64,000 bases of DNA, taken from contig JBBQUP010000002.1 in NCBI GenBank assembly GCA_038212305.1, positions 10,861-74,860 of the forward strand, in the 5' to 3' direction. The first letter of the stretch is position 1, and the number at the start of each line of letters is the position of its first letter. Below, one piece after another: positions 59,971-64,000 of the stretch. This DNA is from Bacteroidales bacterium (GTDB taxonomy: Bacteria > Bacteroidota > Bacteroidia > Bacteroidales > Marinilabiliaceae). Both the position numbers and the translations under genes were made by a program. The notes below the pieces were generated by a model that saw only the letters and a list, made by a program, of their open reading frames with translations, did no database searches and was not told where the DNA came from.

Positions 59971-61041
59971 CTATTCAAATCGCAAACCCATTTTATCGGC
60001 TAATAGTTTTAAATCATCCACCACAGGCAACAACAAATCAATTCCATTCGCCATGCGATATTCGGTGAGTTCGCGCTCAGGATCACCAGGAACAAGCACC
60101 TTCTCCTCTCCTTCAACTGGAACGGCATTGCGGAAAGTTTCAATCCAATTATCCATGTGCTTTTTAAACTCATCAGCAGGTCGAAAAGCATCAATGCGCC
60201 ATGCTCCCACAAAATGCCCAATACCATTGCCAACACTTTCGTTCAACGGATCCAAATAAGCCACAAAAGGCGGTACCCATGGCCCATAATTAGCTCCCGA
60301 TAATACACCCGAAAAAATATCAACCCAACTACTCAAACAATATCCTTTATGCGATCCATGCACGCGATCGCTTCCCAGAGGTAACATACCTCCCCCTTTT
60401 TTTAGTATGGCAGAATCGATGGTTGGATTTCCATCCTTATCTTGTGCCCAGCCTTCGGGCATCGATTGATTTTTGCGTTGCAAAACTTCTAGCTTGCCAT
60501 TTGCAACTGATGTTGTGGCCATATCAATGACTAACGGAGGCTGCTTACCCGCTGGCATAGCCACAGCAATAGGATTAGTTCCTAATAACTTACTTTTCGA
60601 AAAAGTGGGTGCAACTAACGGACTGGCATTCGTCATGGCAAAGCCAATCATATCATGCTCCATGGCTAACATGGCATGAAAACCAGCAATACCAAAATGG
60701 TTGGAGTTTTGAACCGCTACCCATCCCGACCCTACATTACGAGCTTTTTCAAGCGCAATTTTCATCGCTTTTGGAGCCACAACCAGACCAGCACCTAAAT
60801 CTCCATCTAACACAGCAGTACTAGGTGTTTGGTGAATAATTTTAACTTGAGGCTTGGCATTTAACCTTTGCTTTTCCCACAATCGCACATAACCACTTAA
60901 ACGCGCCACGCCATGCGAATCAACGCCACGCAAATCCGCAGCAATCAAAACCTTTGCAGCCATTAAAGCATCCTCAGAAGGTGCTCCCATTTTTAAAAAT
61001 ACGTCGGAAATAAAGTTTTGAAGATATCGGTAATCGTACAT
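59971..61041 (-). CDS. Ldh_2-family (malate/L-lactate/sulfolactate dehydrogenase type 2) oxidoreductase
   Basis: DSHGVARL, NSNHFGIAGFHA and GSHKGY motifs; 356 aa. Confidence 0.8.
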   Translation of the reverse strand: MYDYRYLQNFISDVFLKMGAPSEDALMAAKVLIAADLRGVDSHGVARLSGYVRLWEKQRLNAKPQVKIIHQTPSTAVLDGDLGAGLVVAPKAMKIALEKARNVGSGWVAVQNSNHFGIAGFHAMLAMEHDMIGFAMTNASPLVAPTFSKSKLLGTNPIAVAMPAGKQPPLVIDMATTSVANGKLEVLQRKNQSMPEGWAQDKDGNPTIDSAILKKGGGMLPLGSDRVHGSHKGYCLSSWVDIFSGVLSGANYGPWVPPFVAYLDPLNESVGNGIGHFVGAWRIDAFRPADEFKKHMDNWIETFRNAVPVEGEEKVLVPGDPERELTEYRMANGIDLLLPVVDDLKLLADKMGLRFE

Positions 61042-61135
61042 AGCCTATTTTTGCACCAAAGTAACTTTATTTTGGTGGAATTGACAAAAGTGAATGGCAA
61101 TTAAATACTTAAAAAACGCAGAATCCATCCAACTA

Positions 61136-62380
61136 TCATTCGGTATGCAGAGCATTAATGGGATCTAATCGGGATGCTTTCATGGCTGGCATTAAACCCG
61201 ATAGAATTCCCACAACAAAACAGATTAACAGACCCCAAAAAATCCATCCCCATGGAATATAAAAAGGGGAATCCATGATAAGCGACATAATATTGCCCAT
61301 TAAAATACCGAACAATACACCAATTGCGCCTCCTATTTGACCAATAATAATGGATTCAAGTAAAAATTGATTTCGAATCGCCTGATTATTCGCACCAATA
61401 GCTTTACGAATTCCAATTTCGCGAGTACGTTCAACAACAGCTACCAACATGATATTCATCAATCCAATAACCGCGCCCAACAAGGTAATAATCCCAATAA
61501 ATACTGACACCATTTTAACTGTTGAAATATTAGAGATCACCATCTTAGCCAAATTATCACTTTTAGTGATCACAAAATTATCCTCATCAGATATCCTTAA
61601 ACTTCGAATGAGTCTGAATAGTCCTGTAGTTTCACTAATTGCACCATCAACTAATTTTTGATCTTGTACTTTAACTTCAATATTATATGACATATTGGGT
61701 TGTGAAAAATACTGTCGAACATGACTAACCGGTAAAAGAGCCATGTTATCACTTTGATTTCCAAAACCAGCTCCTTTTTGCTTTAACACACCAATAACTT
61801 CGTACTTTCCACTTCCAATAAAAACAATTTTTCCAATGGGTTTAATGTTATTTGTAAATAGTTTGTTAGCTAAGTCGCTTCCCAAAATAACTAAATGACT
61901 CCCGTCAATAATTTCCTGTGCCGAAAACCCTCTTCCCAAATCCAACTCATGACCAGCGACTTCTAAAAAATTCTCATCAATTCCATTTACTGGCACATTG
62001 GGGTTCGTTTTTATACTTTCGAACCGAAGCGTTGCTGTACCTGTCGCTAAAAACGAAACGGTTACAGTGGATGGAAAGTCAAACTCATCCTTAAATCGCA
62101 TTGCCTCGTGGTACGAGATAAATCCAAAATTTTTAGTCTTCGATCTATTCTTCCCCATTCGAACATTCATATCTCTGTTTTGGATGGTAAAACTATTAGC
62201 TCCCATCGATGAAAACTGGTTGTTTATGACATTTTCAATACTCGAAACCGCTGTCATTATACCAATTAATGCGGTTATGCCAATAGCTATGATAAGAATA
62301 GTTAAAACAGTGCGAAGCGGATTGGAACGTATGGCTCCAAAGGCGATGCGACTATTTTCAACTAAAAGTGCGAGTTTCAT
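61136..62380 (-). CDS. ABC transporter permease, MacB/FtsX-like
   Basis: N-terminal TM helix, a large periplasmic-type domain, and a C-terminal FtsX domain (ERTREIGIRKAIGA...PAMKASRLDPINAL). No ATPase gene adjacent. Confidence 0.85.
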   Translation of the reverse strand: MKLALLVENSRIAFGAIRSNPLRTVLTILIIAIGITALIGIMTAVSSIENVINNQFSSMGANSFTIQNRDMNVRMGKNRSKTKNFGFISYHEAMRFKDEFDFPSTVTVSFLATGTATLRFESIKTNPNVPVNGIDENFLEVAGHELDLGRGFSAQEIIDGSHLVILGSDLANKLFTNNIKPIGKIVFIGSGKYEVIGVLKQKGAGFGNQSDNMALLPVSHVRQYFSQPNMSYNIEVKVQDQKLVDGAISETTGLFRLIRSLRISDEDNFVITKSDNLAKMVISNISTVKMVSVFIGIITLLGAVIGLMNIMLVAVVERTREIGIRKAIGANNQAIRNQFLLESIIIGQIGGAIGVLFGILMGNIMSLIMDSPFYIPWGWIFWGLLICFVVGILSGLMPAMKASRLDPINALHTE

Positions 62381-62542
62381 TGACTTTAATTTTTCTATTG
62401 CTTAACTGCAAGATACAGAATTTACATTGATAGGAATGAAAATAATGGTTCTAAAAACAATCCTATTCGTAAGCTGTTACTTATATACAACAAAAAATCC
62501 TATTTTTGAGCTCTTAAATTTTTACTGATAAAAATCATAAAC

Positions 62543-64000
62543 ATGGCTTTTGATATTGAAATGATAAAATCGGTTTACAGTCGTTTAGCCGATAACGTTG
62601 AGAAAACAAGAAAAATGTTAGGCAGACCCCTAACCCTAACAGAGAAAATTTTATATGCCCATTTGGCTGAGAACACAAAACCATCAGCTTTTGAAAAAGG
62701 AAAATCCTACGTCGATTTTAACCCCGATAGAGTTGCCATGCAAGATGCAACTGCACAAATGGCATTACTACAATTTATGCATGCTGGCAAAAGCAGTGCG
62801 GCAGTACCATCAACTGTTCATGCCGATCACTTGATTCAGGCAAAAATAAATGCTGCTACCGACTTAGCTACAGCAAACACCTCAAATCAAGAGGTCTACG
62901 ATTTTTTAAGTTCTGTTTGTAATAAATATGGCATTGGATTTTGGAAGCCCGGTGCTGGAATTATTCATCAAGTAGTGCTCGAAAACTATGCATTTCCTGG
63001 AGGGATGATGATTGGCACCGACTCTCACACAGTGAATGCAGGAGGCCTAGGAATGATTGCTATTGGTGTTGGTGGAGCCGATGCAGTAGATGTAATGGCC
63101 GGAATGCCTTGGGAACTCAAATTCCCCAAAATCATTGGAGTGAAACTAAACGGTAAGCTAAACGGTTGGGCGTCATCAAAAGATATAATTTTAAAAGTTG
63201 CTGGCATTCTTACTGTAAAAGGAGGAACTGGAGCAATTGTAGAATATTTTGGTTCTGGAGCCAAATCTCTTTCATGCACTGGTAAGGGTACTATTTGTAA
63301 CATGGGTGCCGAAATTGGAGCAACTACCTCAACTTTTGGCTACGACGAAAGCATGGAACGCTACCTACGGGCAACTAACCGAGCTGATGTGGCCGATGCT
63401 GCCAATAAAATTAAAGAGCACTTAACTGCTGATGCCGATGTATATTTGAATCCCGAGAAATATTTTGATCAAATTATTGAAATTGATTTAAACACATTAG
63501 AACCACATTTGAACGGGCCATTTACACCCGATAAAGCCACTCCTATTTCAAAGATGAAAGCTGAAGCTGAAGCAAATGGATGGCCATTAAAAATCGAAGT
63601 TGGATTAATTGGATCATGCACCAACTCATCATACGAAGACATTTCAAGAGCTGCATCGATTGCCACTCAAGCCATTGATAAAAAATTAGTAGCCAAGGCC
63701 GATTTCACCATAACACCTGGCTCGGAGCAAGTGCGATACACCATTGAACGTGATGGTTTTATTAATACATTTAATAAAATTGGAGGAACCGTTTTTGCCA
63801 ATGCTTGCGGACCGTGCATTGGCATGTGGGCACGTATGGGAGCCCAAAAACAAGAAAAAAACACGATCGTTCATTCCTTCAACCGCAATTTTGCCAAACG
63901 TGCCGATGGAAACCCAAATACGTTTGCCTTTGTTGGATCTCCAGAATTAGTGACTGCCTTAACCATTGCTGGCGACTTAGGGTTTAATCCATTAACCGAT
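62543..64000 (+). CDS. Aconitate hydratase, mitochondrial-type (3' end beyond the window)
   Basis: Not in the ORF track because it has no stop in the window. My translation from ATG 62543 gives 486 open codons. It contains [40 protein letters not shown] and [11 protein letters not shown] (Fe-S ligand motifs). Confidence 0.93.
   Translation, partial: MAFDIEMIKSVYSRLADNVEKTRKMLGRPLTLTEKILYAHLAENTKPSAFEKGKSYVDFNPDRVAMQDATAQMALLQFMHAGKSSAAVPSTVHADHLIQAKINAATDLATANTSNQEVYDFLSSVCNKYGIGFWKPGAGIIHQVVLENYAFPGGMMIGTDSHTVNAGGLGMIAIGVGGADAVDVMAGMPWELKFPKIIGVKLNGKLNGWASSKDIILKVAGILTVKGGTGAIVEYFGSGAKSLSCTGKGTICNMGAEIGATTSTFGYDESMERYLRATNRADVADAANKIKEHLTADADVYLNPEKYFDQIIEIDLNTLEPHLNGPFTPDKATPISKMKAEAEANGWPLKIEVGLIGSCTNSSYEDISRAASIATQAIDKKLVAKADFTITPGSEQVRYTIERDGFINTFNKIGGTVFANACGPCIGMWARMGAQKQEKNTIVHSFNRNFAKRADGNPNTFAFVGSPELVTALTIAGDLGFNPLTD

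Noticed and set aside
62794-62838. Aconitase motif STVHADHL (Ala where I recall Cys in mitochondrial enzymes) as a possible functional variant
   Set aside because: The residue is not one of the three Fe-S cluster ligands, which are all present (GSCTNSS, ACGPC). The catalytic Asp-His pair next to it is intact.
62941-63987. Several 60-90-aa ORFs on both strands (62941-63156, 63025-63303, 63469-63666, 63667-63864, 63744-63950 and others)
   Set aside because: All lie inside the open-ended aconitase reading frame, which carries unmistakable conserved motifs.

Overview
AT-rich chromosomal segment with the gene content and order of an anaerobic member of the Bacteroidota. Most of it is core housekeeping DNA. 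It starts with the end of an [FeFe]-hydrogenase operon (NuoF-like subunit and HydA). Next is a translationally coupled biotin operon (bioB-A-F-G-C-D), then a block of small genes and the carboxynorspermidine polyamine pair. The minus strand then carries the classic run tRNA-Tyr/Gly/Thr, tuf, tRNA-Trp, secE, nusG, rplK, rplA, rplJ, rplL, rpoB, rpoC, preceded by rpsU, a Xer recombinase and hpf. After that come central-metabolism and envelope genes: fbaA, an Omp85-family protein, a PorT-like protein, ubiE, purL and gap. The least ordinary part is 44-54.5 kb. It holds a secreted serpin co-oriented with a small beta-barrel protein gene, and a micro-lipoprotein gene with its own promoter and terminator. 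It also holds a NarL-type two-component system directly upstream of a five-gene heterodisulfide-reductase-like (Hdr-like) Fe-S/flavoprotein cluster that ends in a membrane-anchored HdrD/DsrK-like fusion protein. I consider this cluster the best candidate for an uncharacterised system. The window ends with an open-ended mitochondrial-type aconitase gene that the ORF track misses. Other points: a deviant H-cluster motif in HydA, a long terminator-capped leader or small ORF in front of bioB, and a DoxX gene broken by an in-frame TAA. I saw no rRNA, CRISPR array, transposase or phage-like genes. All calls rest on reading motifs by eye; no searches were run.
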